Below are positions 36,309-46,329 of a DNA stretch of 64,000 nt, in pieces. Under the pieces are notes generated by a model. It was not told the DNA's origin. It was given only the letters and a program-made list of their open reading frames with translations, and did not search any database. A program made the translations under genes and the position numbers. Origin of the DNA: a bacterium UBP15_UBA6099 (GTDB lineage: Bacteria; UBP15; UBA6099); contig DIWT01000004.1 of the NCBI GenBank assembly GCA_002435745.1, positions 19,096 to 83,095 of the forward strand, given 5' to 3'. The stretch's first letter is position 1, and each line of letters opens with the position of its first letter.

Positions 36309-37664
36309 TCAATGAGCAGCAGCCGACCGCTGATCCTGCTTTGAGGGGCGGACGCCGTATAACGAGAGCGGCTGCAACCCTTTAGAGTTCGATGCCAGCA
36401 TGAGAAGGACGCGCGTCACTATCAGCGCCGAGAACATGCCGACCACTATGCCTAAGCTGATGGTGACGGCGAAGCCCCGGATCGGGCCTGTGCCGAACGC
36501 GTACAGGACCGCCGTGGCGATGAGCGTGGTGACGTTGCCGTCGAGAATGGCCGTGAACGCGCGGGAGAACCCGGCGTCGAGGGCGGCCTTCAGAGTTTTG
36601 CCGATACGCAACTCTTCCTTGAGCCGCTCGAATATGATTATGTTCGCGTCCACCGCCATGCCGATGGAAAGTATGAGGCCGGCGATGCCGGGCAGGGTGA
36701 GCGTGGCGTTCACCAGCGAGAGCATCCCGAACGCCACGATGACGTAAAAAACAATCGCCACGTCTGCCAGAACGCCGGGCAGTTTGTAATATAGAGGCAT
36801 GAATAAGAAGATGAGGACGACGCCGAGGATGAGGGCGTAAGAACTCTGGCGAATAGAGGCAGCGCCGAGGGTCGGCCCGACCACCCGCTTCTCAAGAACT
36901 TCCACCATCACCGGCAGCCGACCCGCGTTCAACTGGTTGACCAGCTCGCGGACCTGTTTCTCGGTGAAGTTGCCCTCGATGATGCCGGTTCCGCCGAAGA
37001 TGGCGGTCTGAATAACCGGGCAGGAAATCATCACGCCGTCGAGCGCGATGCAGAGATATTTGTCGATGTTGCGGGCGGTGAACTTGCCGAACTCGTCAGC
37101 CGCCGCCTTTTTGAACTCAAACTCGACCACCGGGCGACCGTACTTGAAGCCGACGCGCGCCGACGCTAGGTCGTCTCCAGAGAACACCACTTTCGCGTCT
37201 TCTGGCTTCTCTGTTCCGGCTTCCCAGTACTTGCCTCGGCTGTCCAAGAACTCCAGCCAAGCCATGCTGACCAGATGCCTTTCGACCTGATCGGCGTCCT
37301 GTTCGCCCGATATCTCGACCAGCACCCGGTTCGTGCCCTGCTTCTGGATAGTGATTTCGCGGACGCCGTCCGGGTCGAGCCTGTTTCGCAGAACCTCGAT
37401 AAGCCCCTGAACCTTTTCGTCCGTCAGAAGCTCGTTTTTCGGCGGCAGGGCCTGCACCAAGAAGTGCACTCCGCCCTGCAGGTCCAGTCCGAGGTTCACT
37501 GGGAACTTCTTGGACTTGACTGTCCTTTCCACCATCTCGTCCCCGACCTTGACCTTCTCGACTTTCGTCTCGATGTCCGTCAGGAAGCGGACTGTGAGCA
37601 GTCCCGCGAAAAGAAGCGCGACCGCCGCAATCAGGATAACCTGCGGTAAAAGTTTTTTCTGCAT
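36309..37664 (-). CDS. secD: Protein translocase subunit SecD
   Basis: The SecD periplasmic domain and the C-terminal TM bundle (GIAGLILSIGMAVDANIIIFERLKEE). I chose the MQKKLL start at 37664, which has a GGAGTGGAAGG RBS. Confidence 0.85.
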   Translation of the reverse strand: MQKKLLPQVILIAAVALLFAGLLTVRFLTDIETKVEKVKVGDEMVERTVKSKKFPVNLGLDLQGGVHFLVQALPPKNELLTDEKVQGLIEVLRNRLDPDGVREITIQKQGTNRVLVEISGEQDADQVERHLVSMAWLEFLDSRGKYWEAGTEKPEDAKVVFSGDDLASARVGFKYGRPVVEFEFKKAAADEFGKFTARNIDKYLCIALDGVMISCPVIQTAIFGGTGIIEGNFTEKQVRELVNQLNAGRLPVMVEVLEKRVVGPTLGAASIRQSSYALILGVVLIFLFMPLYYKLPGVLADVAIVFYVIVAFGMLSLVNATLTLPGIAGLILSIGMAVDANIIIFERLKEELRIGKTLKAALDAGFSRAFTAILDGNVTTLIATAVLYAFGTGPIRGFAVTISLGIVVGMFSALIVTRVLLMLASNSKGLQPLSLYGVRPSKQDQRSAAAH

Positions 37665-37853
37665 GCCTTCCACTCCCGGGCGGCGAGAGCCGCCGCCGCG
37701 CAATTTTTAACCCGCATTCAAGCCGGAACCGACTCTCTCCGGTTCCGCAACATCAAAGTATTCTATTTGAATTCCATCCCTATATCAACAGGAGATTTAA
37801 ATTTTGCGCATAGCAAATAAAAAAGCGGTTTCCACTATTGCGGACGCATTCAA

Positions 37854-40355
37854 TTATATATCTCCGAAAGAAACGCGGTTGATGATGTCGTCTTGGAGCG
37901 GGCGGCCGAGGTCGGTGAAATAGGCGCTGTAGCCGCTGACGCGCACGAGAAGCCCTCTGTGCGAGTCAGGGTCGAGCTGAGCGGCGCGCAGGGTTTCGTC
38001 GTCCACGACGTTGAATTGGACGTGCATTCCGCCCAGCGAGAAGTACCCTCTCAGCATCGCCTCGAATTTCCGCCGGTTCTCTTCATTTTTAAATACGCCG
38101 GGCATCAGCTTCATGTTCAGGGAACTGCCGTTTGTTATTTTCGAGTGTTCTAAAGAAGCGACGGAGCGCATGACGGCGGTCGGTCCGAGAGATTCCGCGC
38201 CGTTCACGGGCGACAGGCTGTTCGAGACGGGTTGTCCGGCGAGGCGTCCGTCCGGAGTGGCGCCAAGAAGGGAGCCGTCCAGCACGTGCATCCCATAAGA
38301 GAAAAACCCCGGTCTGAACGCGCCGCCTTTGCGGATGGATTTGTGTTTTGCGACTTCTTCGCAGAACATGGCTGCGACCTCGCGGGCCATGGCGTCCGCT
38401 TCGGGGTTGTCGGAGCCGTAGCGCGGCGTTCGGCTCGACAGAAACGCTCTCATTTTCTCGCGGCCTCTGAAATTCGTTTTCAGCGCGGCGGAGAGTTCCT
38501 TCATAGTGTATTTTTTCTCGTCGAAAACGAATTTTTTAATCGCCGTCAGCGAATCGGCGACGGTTCCAAGGCCGCGCGCGCTGATGGAAGCGTAGTTGTA
38601 TTTCGCCCCGCCTTGAGTCATGTCTTCGGCGTTCCTTATGCAGCCTTCGAGGGTGGCGGATATGAATGGATTGTGGAACCCTGCGGCGTAAACTTCGTCT
38701 TTGGCGTTCACGCAGCGGGCGATGTGAGCGACGGTGAAGCTCAACTGCCGCCGAAACGCGTCTAGAAACTGCACGAAGGAGTTGAACTTCGCCGGGTCTC
38801 CCGTGCGCGGGCCGGCGCGGCGGCCCGCCATCCTTATTCTTCCCTGTGTGAAAACCATCTCAAGAACGCCCGCCAGCGAGATGTCGTTGCCGGAGGTGCA
38901 GCCGAAAGTGTTTCCCTGAGACGTCGGCTCCACGCACCCTATTATCGCGTAGTCCCTCGCGTCTTCCGTCGAGCAGCCCAGTTCTTCCAGCATCGGGATT
39001 ATGACATCGTCGTTGAACAGAGCGAGTCCCGACGTGGCCGCGTGGACTTCCGAAATCTTCGCGAGGAATTCCGGGGGCGTCTTAGAACTGACCCGGACGG
39101 AATATGAGTTGCTCATGCCTTCAATATTTTTTACCGCGTCGAGGAATAGGAGGGAGAGTTCGTTTGAGGCGTCCTCGCCGTCCGGGCCTGCGCCGCCGAA
39201 GGTGGGGGCCATGCTGTCCGCGCCCATTTCCGACCCGGAATTTTTTCCGAAAGAGGGCAGGGGAATGAGGTTGACGCTCAATTTGACGAGGAGTTCCTCG
39301 ACGAGTTCGAGCGCGCGGGTCTCGGAGATTGCGCCGGATTCGACATCTTTTTTGTAGAAGGGAAATAGTATTTGGTCTAGCCGTCCGACGGCGCAGATGC
39401 CCGCCAGACCGTAGCTGATTCCGCACATGACCTGAGCGAGCCACAAGGATTGGACGGCCTCGTGGAACGATTCGGGCGGCAGCCACGGCGCGCGGGATGT
39501 GTGCCGGGCGATAAGCCGCAGTTCTTCTCTACGCGCCGGGTCATTCTCGTTCTCCGCCATGCGCGCGGCCAAGTCGGAATATCTTTTTGCGAACATTCGC
39601 GCCGCGTCGCAACAGATTATCGTCGCTTCGAGGAATTTCCGGCCCTCTTCCGTTACGGGCTGTTCGAGTCTGCGCGCCGCCATGTCCCGCAGCCCCTTGA
39701 ACCCGCAACGCGCAACATTGTTGTGACCGATCACAAGATGTCCCTGAGTGTCGAACACGTTGTTCACCATGTTGGGATTGTTCACGGGAAGTTCCGCCGC
39801 CGAGCGGGGCAGAGCGCGCCAGCGCCCTTTTGCGAACACGGACAGGCTTTCCGCCAGCCGGGCCGCTCCGAAGCTTCTGACGAGATCGAACAGCGCGAAC
39901 GGCGTGAAACCCGGCTTGATGATAAGGCCGTCGCGCTCGAAGAGGCGGCGCTTGCCGTCCCGGACGGTCTTTCCTCTCCAATATGGCAGAATGTCGTTCA
40001 GCAACTCTTTTTTGTCGTCGGGGTCGATGCGGTACGGCCTGTCCGGGCGGTTCAGCAGGTTCTCAATGTCCATTTCGAGCACGAGGTTCATCTCCCCGCG
40101 TTCCACGGGAAGCAGCGTTCCGACAAGCGCGCTGTTGTGGTTGCCGGCTATAAGCTCCTCGTCGAGGATGAAAACGGTTTTCTTCCGGAGCGTGTTCTCA
40201 AACGCTTTCGCCGCGCGGATGGAAGGATGTTCCCCTTCCGTCCGGCGGTAGGACTCGGTAACATATCTTGCCCGCTCGACGCAGATAGCGTACTGTTCGT
40301 CGAGAATCCTTTTTCTCAGGCGCTGAGTCCGCGATTTCTCTTCAGCAACCGCCAT
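37854..40355 (-). CDS. Glycyl radical enzyme, PFL2/glycerol-dehydratase-like clade (substrate unknown)
   Basis: The C-terminal glycine-radical motif RVSGYSAYF, the active-site loop IIGCVEP (single Cys, GD-like rather than PFL CC), and a PFL2-type N-terminus. 833 aa. No activase gene is adjacent. Confidence 0.85.
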   Translation of the reverse strand: MAVAEEKSRTQRLRKRILDEQYAICVERARYVTESYRRTEGEHPSIRAAKAFENTLRKKTVFILDEELIAGNHNSALVGTLLPVERGEMNLVLEMDIENLLNRPDRPYRIDPDDKKELLNDILPYWRGKTVRDGKRRLFERDGLIIKPGFTPFALFDLVRSFGAARLAESLSVFAKGRWRALPRSAAELPVNNPNMVNNVFDTQGHLVIGHNNVARCGFKGLRDMAARRLEQPVTEEGRKFLEATIICCDAARMFAKRYSDLAARMAENENDPARREELRLIARHTSRAPWLPPESFHEAVQSLWLAQVMCGISYGLAGICAVGRLDQILFPFYKKDVESGAISETRALELVEELLVKLSVNLIPLPSFGKNSGSEMGADSMAPTFGGAGPDGEDASNELSLLFLDAVKNIEGMSNSYSVRVSSKTPPEFLAKISEVHAATSGLALFNDDVIIPMLEELGCSTEDARDYAIIGCVEPTSQGNTFGCTSGNDISLAGVLEMVFTQGRIRMAGRRAGPRTGDPAKFNSFVQFLDAFRRQLSFTVAHIARCVNAKDEVYAAGFHNPFISATLEGCIRNAEDMTQGGAKYNYASISARGLGTVADSLTAIKKFVFDEKKYTMKELSAALKTNFRGREKMRAFLSSRTPRYGSDNPEADAMAREVAAMFCEEVAKHKSIRKGGAFRPGFFSYGMHVLDGSLLGATPDGRLAGQPVSNSLSPVNGAESLGPTAVMRSVASLEHSKITNGSSLNMKLMPGVFKNEENRRKFEAMLRGYFSLGGMHVQFNVVDDETLRAAQLDPDSHRGLLVRVSGYSAYFTDLGRPLQDDIINRVSFGDI

Positions 40356-40371
40356 GGCTATGCTCCCTTTG

Positions 40372-41958
40372 TCAACATCCCTTTTCGGGGTATCCGGTTA
40401 TCTGCTGCATTTCTCTAAAAATGGGAAGTAATTGCTTGTAAATTTTAGTGTAAACCCGGTCATAGAGGGCGGCATAGAGGGCGACGTTTTCCGGCACAGG
40501 CTCGAAGATGTCGCCGGGGCGGGTCATTGCGGCTACGGCGTCGTCGAAGCTTTTGAAAAAACCGAGGCCGACTGCGGCGACGATGGCGGCTCCGAGAGCT
40601 GAAGTCTCGTGAGTGTGAGGTCTCTGCGCGGGCATCCCGAAGACGTCCGCGCATATCTGCATGGCCGAAGAGCTTTGAGAGCCGCCGCCGGACACGCGCA
40701 ACCCCGTTATTGGAATTTTATTCTTCTTCTCGGTCAGTTGCGCGCCTTCTTTCAGCGCGAACACAAGCCCTTCGAGTATGGCGCGGTAAAGGTGGGCGCG
40801 TTTGTGGAAGTCGCAGAACCCGATGACGGAGCCGCGCGCGCATCGGGCCTTGTCCGGAGCCGGCGTCCAGTACGGCTGGAGCGTCAATCCCATCGACCCC
40901 GGCGGGATGTCCTTTATCAGAGCGTCGAGAAGTTGCTCGGGGGATACCCCTTTGTCGCTCGCTTCGAGGCGCTCCTGAAGCCCGAACTCCTCTTTGAACC
41001 ATGTTATCATCCATGCGCCGCGCAGCACGGCCACTTCGGTATAGTATCGTCCCGGGACCGCCGAAGGATACGGCGGCCAGAAAGGTTTTAATTCCACATA
41101 CCTGTCGTTCATCGTGTTGATGGTGGAAATGGTTCCGAAACTTATGCAGGCGTTTTCAGGGGACACGCAACCGGCGCCGAGAATTTCGCACGCTTTGTCG
41201 TTTGCCGCGGCGATTACCGGAAGTCCTGCGGGGATCCCGGTTTCTTCAGCCGCTTTCCGCGAGATATGGCCCAGCAACCCGGTCGGCGCGATCAGATCGG
41301 GCAGTTTTTCAAGCTCGATCGGGAACAACCTGTGCTTCGGATCGAACCGTCCTGCCCACCGGCCTTTTTTGATGCTGAACGGCACATAGCCGACTATGCT
41401 GCCGCTTGAATCCACGAACTCGCCTGTCAGCTTGAGCGCGAACCATCCTGACAGGTATATGTGTTTATGGACGCGCTTCCAGATTTCCGGCTGATTCTGG
41501 CGAATCCAGTTCGATTCGCAATCGCGGATCGCGCCCTCTATGAGCTCTTCGTATTTAACCGCTTTCAGCAACGGACGGAAGACTGAAGGGATGATGTTGC
41601 CGGAGTCGGATTTGCGCTCGTCCAGCCAGACGATTGCCGGACGGAGCGGAACTCCGTTCTTATCGACGTCGATAAGCGTGTTCCGTTGAGTGGCAACCGC
41701 GACGCCTTTGATCGCTTCTTTCGATTCAATGTTCCTTTCGAGAAGCTTTTCGCAAGAGCGGCACAACATTTCCCAGAAATATTCCGGCCGTTGTTCCGCC
41801 CACCCCGGTTGCGGAGAGCAACAAAGCTCGATGGGCGTCTTCACCATGTCGCGGATATTGCCGTCGAAGTCAATCAGCGCGGCCCGTATCGATTGCGTTC
41901 CCGCGTCGATTGCGAGCGCCAGTTCCGTTTTTCCAATCCCTTTTCCAGCCATGACCAC
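40372..41958 (-). CDS. FGGY-family carbohydrate kinase, copy A
   Basis: N-terminal ALAIDAGTQSIRAAL (the FGGY phosphate-1 motif) and the C-terminal ATP-binding block GGGSQSSSAMQICADVFG. Confidence 0.8.
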   Translation of the reverse strand: MVMAGKGIGKTELALAIDAGTQSIRAALIDFDGNIRDMVKTPIELCCSPQPGWAEQRPEYFWEMLCRSCEKLLERNIESKEAIKGVAVATQRNTLIDVDKNGVPLRPAIVWLDERKSDSGNIIPSVFRPLLKAVKYEELIEGAIRDCESNWIRQNQPEIWKRVHKHIYLSGWFALKLTGEFVDSSGSIVGYVPFSIKKGRWAGRFDPKHRLFPIELEKLPDLIAPTGLLGHISRKAAEETGIPAGLPVIAAANDKACEILGAGCVSPENACISFGTISTINTMNDRYVELKPFWPPYPSAVPGRYYTEVAVLRGAWMITWFKEEFGLQERLEASDKGVSPEQLLDALIKDIPPGSMGLTLQPYWTPAPDKARCARGSVIGFCDFHKRAHLYRAILEGLVFALKEGAQLTEKKNKIPITGLRVSGGGSQSSSAMQICADVFGMPAQRPHTHETSALGAAIVAAVGLGFFKSFDDAVAAMTRPGDIFEPVPENVALYAALYDRVYTKIYKQLLPIFREMQQITGYPEKGC

Positions 41959-41990
41959 GCCTTTTAGGAATGACCGCGCATCCTGCCGGG

Positions 41991-43694
41991 TCAGGTTCCG
42001 CTCTTGCCTTTCAGCGCGAGTTGCCCGCCGGGGTTCATTATGTTGTTCGGGTCGAAATGCGTTTTAAGAGCGCGGAGCGCGTCCATCTGCGTTTTTCCCA
42101 GATGCTCTTCCATCCAAGGAGACAGCAGTTTTCCGACTCCGTGATGGTGGCTCAACGAGCCTCCGTTTTCAACAATTGCGCTAACGATTTTGCTGTGAAC
42201 TTCGTTGTATTCTTCCGGTCTTTCCGGTTTCAGCACGAAAATGAAATACAGGTTGGTTCCATTCGGATAGAAATGAGACGCGTGGGTCATGCAGATTGAG
42301 CCGGGCCTGCTTTTCACGACAGCCCGAACCTCTTTGTGAAGCCGCAGCAGGTTGTCCCATGTCACGGCTGATTCCAGCGTGTCCGTCACTATGCCGAAGT
42401 CCAGAAAATCCTCCCGCATCAGCGGCTCCTTGTAGCGGGTTTTCTCCCACGCCTTCACAACCACCGCCGGAAGCTTCATCGCTCCGTTCGCGCGACACAC
42501 TTTTCCTATGCTTTTCTTCACATGTTTCGCGTATCCCTTCTCTCCCTCCACCGTTCCCATGCACACGCACCTGCTCATCGGCTTCATTACCCGAGCCGAC
42601 ATGAACTTTTCGAAATATGCGTTGTCGAACCCGTACAATTTCAGCCCCCTGTCGGTTTCCTCAGGGTCGGAAATTCTGTAAACCGCAGGCAACCCGAACT
42701 CGGACTGCATGATCTCTCTCGAAGCGTTGACAGCCGACTCCCACGATGGGAACATGAAAGCGAAATACTGCCTGTTTTCCGGCATGAAGCGGAATATTTT
42801 CATCGTGATTTCCACAAGCGCTCCGAAAGCGCCCTCGCTGCCTTTCATGATGTCGTTCAGTTTCGGGCCTGTGGCGGTCGCGGGATATTCCAGCGTTTTG
42901 AAAGTCCCCGCCGGGGTGACGTATTCCTGCGAGATCGCTAGGTGGTAGGCGTCTCCATAATACGTGGAAGCCTGCCCGGATCCGAGCGCGGCTATCCAGC
43001 CGCCGACGGACGACATCTCGAACGATTGAGGAAAATGCCCGCATGTGTATCTTCGGGCGGTCTTGAACATCTGAGGCGCGTTGTTCAGCGCCGCCTCGAA
43101 ATCAGGCCCCATCATGCCCGGTTGAACCGTCGCCGTCTGGTTCGCCTCGTTGATGTTAAGCAGCTTGTTCATGTGGGTCTTCATAACAAGCGTCACGCCG
43201 CCCTTTTCCGGCGCGATTCCCATTACCACGGAGGATCCTCCGCCATAGACGCAAATCGGTATTCTATGCTTATCGCAGTATTCGACAATGCGGCGGACGT
43301 CGTTCTTGTCTCTAGGATGAACCACCGCATCGGCGACATTCCGGGGCCTGTTCATGCGCAGATCCATCACTTCTTTCATCGTCTGCCCGTGGCTGTATTT
43401 TACGCGGTCGTAGTCGTCAGCCGACACGTTTTCAGAGCCGACAATTGCTTTAAGCGCGTTTATATGCTCGTCGTTTAAACCCGGTTTTCCGCCCAACGAG
43501 ACCTTCTCGTTTCCTTCGTTCTGTTTACGAGAAAAATATTCTTCCGTGACGCCGAATTCGGACATCATCATCTCCACAAGCTCGGCGCGAGGATGCTTGA
43601 ACTCGTTCGGCTCGCCGAACTTAAAAATGGAACGGTACGATCCCGGTTCGGGAGCCCGCTCCGTCCAATCCGGCGTGAATTTTTTTCCAGACAT
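41991..43694 (-). CDS. FAD-linked oxidase (PCMH-type FAD-binding domain, alkyl-DHAP synthase/D-lactate dehydrogenase-like)
   Basis: The FAD-binding region VVHPRDKNDVRRIVEYCDKHRIPICVYGGGSSVV and the C-terminal HHHGVGK motif typical of the VAO/PCMH family. 567 aa. Confidence 0.7.
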   Translation of the reverse strand: MSGKKFTPDWTERAPEPGSYRSIFKFGEPNEFKHPRAELVEMMMSEFGVTEEYFSRKQNEGNEKVSLGGKPGLNDEHINALKAIVGSENVSADDYDRVKYSHGQTMKEVMDLRMNRPRNVADAVVHPRDKNDVRRIVEYCDKHRIPICVYGGGSSVVMGIAPEKGGVTLVMKTHMNKLLNINEANQTATVQPGMMGPDFEAALNNAPQMFKTARRYTCGHFPQSFEMSSVGGWIAALGSGQASTYYGDAYHLAISQEYVTPAGTFKTLEYPATATGPKLNDIMKGSEGAFGALVEITMKIFRFMPENRQYFAFMFPSWESAVNASREIMQSEFGLPAVYRISDPEETDRGLKLYGFDNAYFEKFMSARVMKPMSRCVCMGTVEGEKGYAKHVKKSIGKVCRANGAMKLPAVVVKAWEKTRYKEPLMREDFLDFGIVTDTLESAVTWDNLLRLHKEVRAVVKSRPGSICMTHASHFYPNGTNLYFIFVLKPERPEEYNEVHSKIVSAIVENGGSLSHHHGVGKLLSPWMEEHLGKTQMDALRALKTHFDPNNIMNPGGQLALKGKSGT

Positions 43695-43756
43695 ATTGTC
43701 CTCCCATTTTTATCGCGCGTTTTCTGTCTTGTGTCCGTCGCCATCAACCCGCGGGC

Positions 43757-45403
43757 TTACCGCGGGATCTCGAACATTTTTTTCGCGTCCGCGACTTCCT
43801 TCGATTTGCGCGAATCGTCCCAGCAGAGTTCCTTCGCCGCCACATCCGCCACGGCGTCGACGACCGCGTCGCCCGGATCCCCCATCGTGCCAAGTCCCGT
43901 CCTGCGGAATAGGATGTCCTTCAGCGTCAGCGCCATTTCCTCCCGGATCGCGTAAACAGCCTGCGCGGCGATTTCGCCATCCGCGTTCAATGGCGTCGCA
44001 AGAGCGTTGTTCTGACGTCCTATGCTCAGCAATTTGTCGATTTCCGTTCCATAGTATTTTCCTAGACATTCAATCGTTTCATTCTTGAAATCCGCGTTGG
44101 CCGTTTTCTTCTCAGCGAGAAAAGCGTTCATATCTTTTATTTCGCATCCGGCTAGATACTGTTTGTCCGTGACGCATTTCGTTTCCTTCAAATTTAATTT
44201 CCGCGAGACCATTTTCATCACGTTTTGCGCAAGGTTGCGGCTTGTCGTATATTTGCCGCCCTCGACGGTGATCAACCCGGAAAGGCTGTCATTAGCGTTG
44301 TCGTATATCTCGTACCGCCGGGACGACTCCCGAACGGATTTCTTTTTATCTTCAAGAAGAGGGCGCAGACCGCCGTAAGCGCGCTCCACATCATCGTAGC
44401 CGATCCGCTCCTCTCCGCGCATCGCGTCGTTCGCCATTCCGATTAATTCCATTATCGCTTCTCGCGTCACCATGTAGTCGTCGGGGTTTCCCTCGTAATC
44501 CTTGTCGGTGGGGCCAATCAACGTTCTTCCTCTCCACGGGGTCATCACGAACCCGCCGCCGGAGGAAGTCACCATCGCCAACATCCCATTCAGGACGGGC
44601 TTCTTCGTTATTATGTGAATTCCTTCCGATCTCCTGATGCGACGCGATCCGCTTTCGCCTCTCGCCGCGTCCAGTATCAGGTCCGCCCAAGGCCCGCCGC
44701 AGTTGATCGTCAACTTGCTCCTCAATTCCACGTTTCTTCCGGTTGTCAGGTCTTTTACGTTCACGCCCGCGATCCGTTTTCCGTCTCCGGCTGCGGAATA
44801 AATAAATCCTTCGACTTTGCTGTAATTGGAAACGCGCGCTCCGCTTTTAACCGCCGACTTCACGAACGCCAAGGTCAGCCGCTCCGGAAAAATGCTCGCG
44901 CAGTCGTAATAAGAAAAAGCTCCTTTGAATCCGTTCCGCGGAATCGACGGTTCCATCTCCAGCGCTTTCGCCGCCGGAACCGCCTTATGGAAACCTATGC
45001 TTTTGCTCTTGTCCCAAGTGCGCCCTTTGTCGAAAGAAAGAGAATCGTACAGCATCATCCCCAGCCTTATCGCCCATGTGTGTTTAGTTATTCCCTGCTT
45101 GTAGCACGGGACCATCACCCGAATAGGATAGACTAGGTTCGGAGCGATGTTCTCCAGAGTCCGACGTTCTTTCAGAGATTCCCGCACTATGCCGAACTCA
45201 AGGTTGGCAAGATATCTGAATCCGCCGTGGATCAGCTTTGAAGTGGCTGCGGAAGTGGCGCATCCGAAATCGTTTTTCTCCAAAAGAGCCACAGACAGTC
45301 CTCTCGATGCCGCGTCATAAGCCACCGCCGCTCCGGTGATTCCTCCGCCTATCACCGCAACGTCGAACTCTCCTGTGTTTGGGTCTTCAATGAACCTTTT
45401 CAT
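43757..45403 (-). CDS. glpA: FAD-dependent glycerol-3-phosphate dehydrogenase (GlpA/GlpD family)
   Basis: FDVAVIGGGITGAAVAYDAASRGLSVALLEKNDFGCATSAATSKLIHGGFRY is the classic GlpD/GlpA N-terminal FAD fold. 548 aa. Confidence 0.8.
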   Translation of the reverse strand: MKRFIEDPNTGEFDVAVIGGGITGAAVAYDAASRGLSVALLEKNDFGCATSAATSKLIHGGFRYLANLEFGIVRESLKERRTLENIAPNLVYPIRVMVPCYKQGITKHTWAIRLGMMLYDSLSFDKGRTWDKSKSIGFHKAVPAAKALEMEPSIPRNGFKGAFSYYDCASIFPERLTLAFVKSAVKSGARVSNYSKVEGFIYSAAGDGKRIAGVNVKDLTTGRNVELRSKLTINCGGPWADLILDAARGESGSRRIRRSEGIHIITKKPVLNGMLAMVTSSGGGFVMTPWRGRTLIGPTDKDYEGNPDDYMVTREAIMELIGMANDAMRGEERIGYDDVERAYGGLRPLLEDKKKSVRESSRRYEIYDNANDSLSGLITVEGGKYTTSRNLAQNVMKMVSRKLNLKETKCVTDKQYLAGCEIKDMNAFLAEKKTANADFKNETIECLGKYYGTEIDKLLSIGRQNNALATPLNADGEIAAQAVYAIREEMALTLKDILFRRTGLGTMGDPGDAVVDAVADVAAKELCWDDSRKSKEVADAKKMFEIPR

Positions 45404-45424
45404 GCGCTTCGCCTCAATTCGCGA

Positions 45425-46153
45425 TTATTCCGCTTGAATATTCGCGATCGTTTTGAATAGTTCCTGCTCGGCGCGTATATACATAGCCAGAGCTTTCTGT
45501 CGGGCTTGTTCGAAGTCCTTATTCTTTATCGCGTCGAACATTTCGCGATGATAGACTTCCGTATTTCGCGCGTTCTTCTCGACGTCGTAATACAGGTAGG
45601 CGTAATCCCTCAACAGCCCGGTGAACGCGTTGAGCAGGATGACGAAAAAGGCGTTTCCGCCGGCTCTCGCGATGATGTTGTGAAATCGCCAATCCTTTTC
45701 CGCCATAGGCATTTCGCCGCTTTCGAAGACTATTTTTTCGAGGGCTTGCAGGTCTTTCTCCGATCTGTTCCGCGCGGCGAGGCTTGCCATTTCAGGCATA
45801 AGGATTATTCTCAGTTCGGAGAGATTTCTTAATATGCCGACATCCGGAGTTCCGTCCCTGATCAACAACTGTTTTGCCAGTTCCAAGCTTCCGCTTTCGA
45901 GATAATCCCTGACGTAAACGCCGTCTCCATGCCTGATTTCCACAAGTTCCATGCTTTCTAATTTGTTAAGCGCCTCGCGCAATGTGGAACGGTTCACGTT
46001 CATAGCATCAGCAAGCTCGCGCTCGGGAGGAAGCTTGGCTCCGGCGGGAATCTGTCTGGAAATAATCTTGTTCTTGAGTTGTTCGGCGATTCCCTCGTGA
46101 AGTCTGACGCGTTGAGGCGGAACGAAGAGAGAGGAGTTATTATCGCGAGTCAT
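45425..46153 (-). CDS. GntR-family transcriptional regulator (FCD-type C-terminal domain)
   Basis: The winged-helix block LPPERELADAMNVNRSTLREALNKL plus the helical FCD-like C-terminus. Confidence 0.75.
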   Translation of the reverse strand: MTRDNNSSLFVPPQRVRLHEGIAEQLKNKIISRQIPAGAKLPPERELADAMNVNRSTLREALNKLESMELVEIRHGDGVYVRDYLESGSLELAKQLLIRDGTPDVGILRNLSELRIILMPEMASLAARNRSEKDLQALEKIVFESGEMPMAEKDWRFHNIIARAGGNAFFVILLNAFTGLLRDYAYLYYDVEKNARNTEVYHREMFDAIKNKDFEQARQKALAMYIRAEQELFKTIANIQAE

Positions 46154-46329
46154 GATGAGACATCCCCGGCGGGCGTTTAATTGGTACGGTGGCCCGACCA
46201 ATTAATCATGCGCTTTTTCTGCGGCCTTGTCAACTTTTTTAATTTGTATATTCCCGTAGGGGCGCAAAAGCGCAAGAAAGGTATCTAGCAAGACGAGTTC
46301 TTCAAGAGCATCTCGCTCTAGTTTAATCC

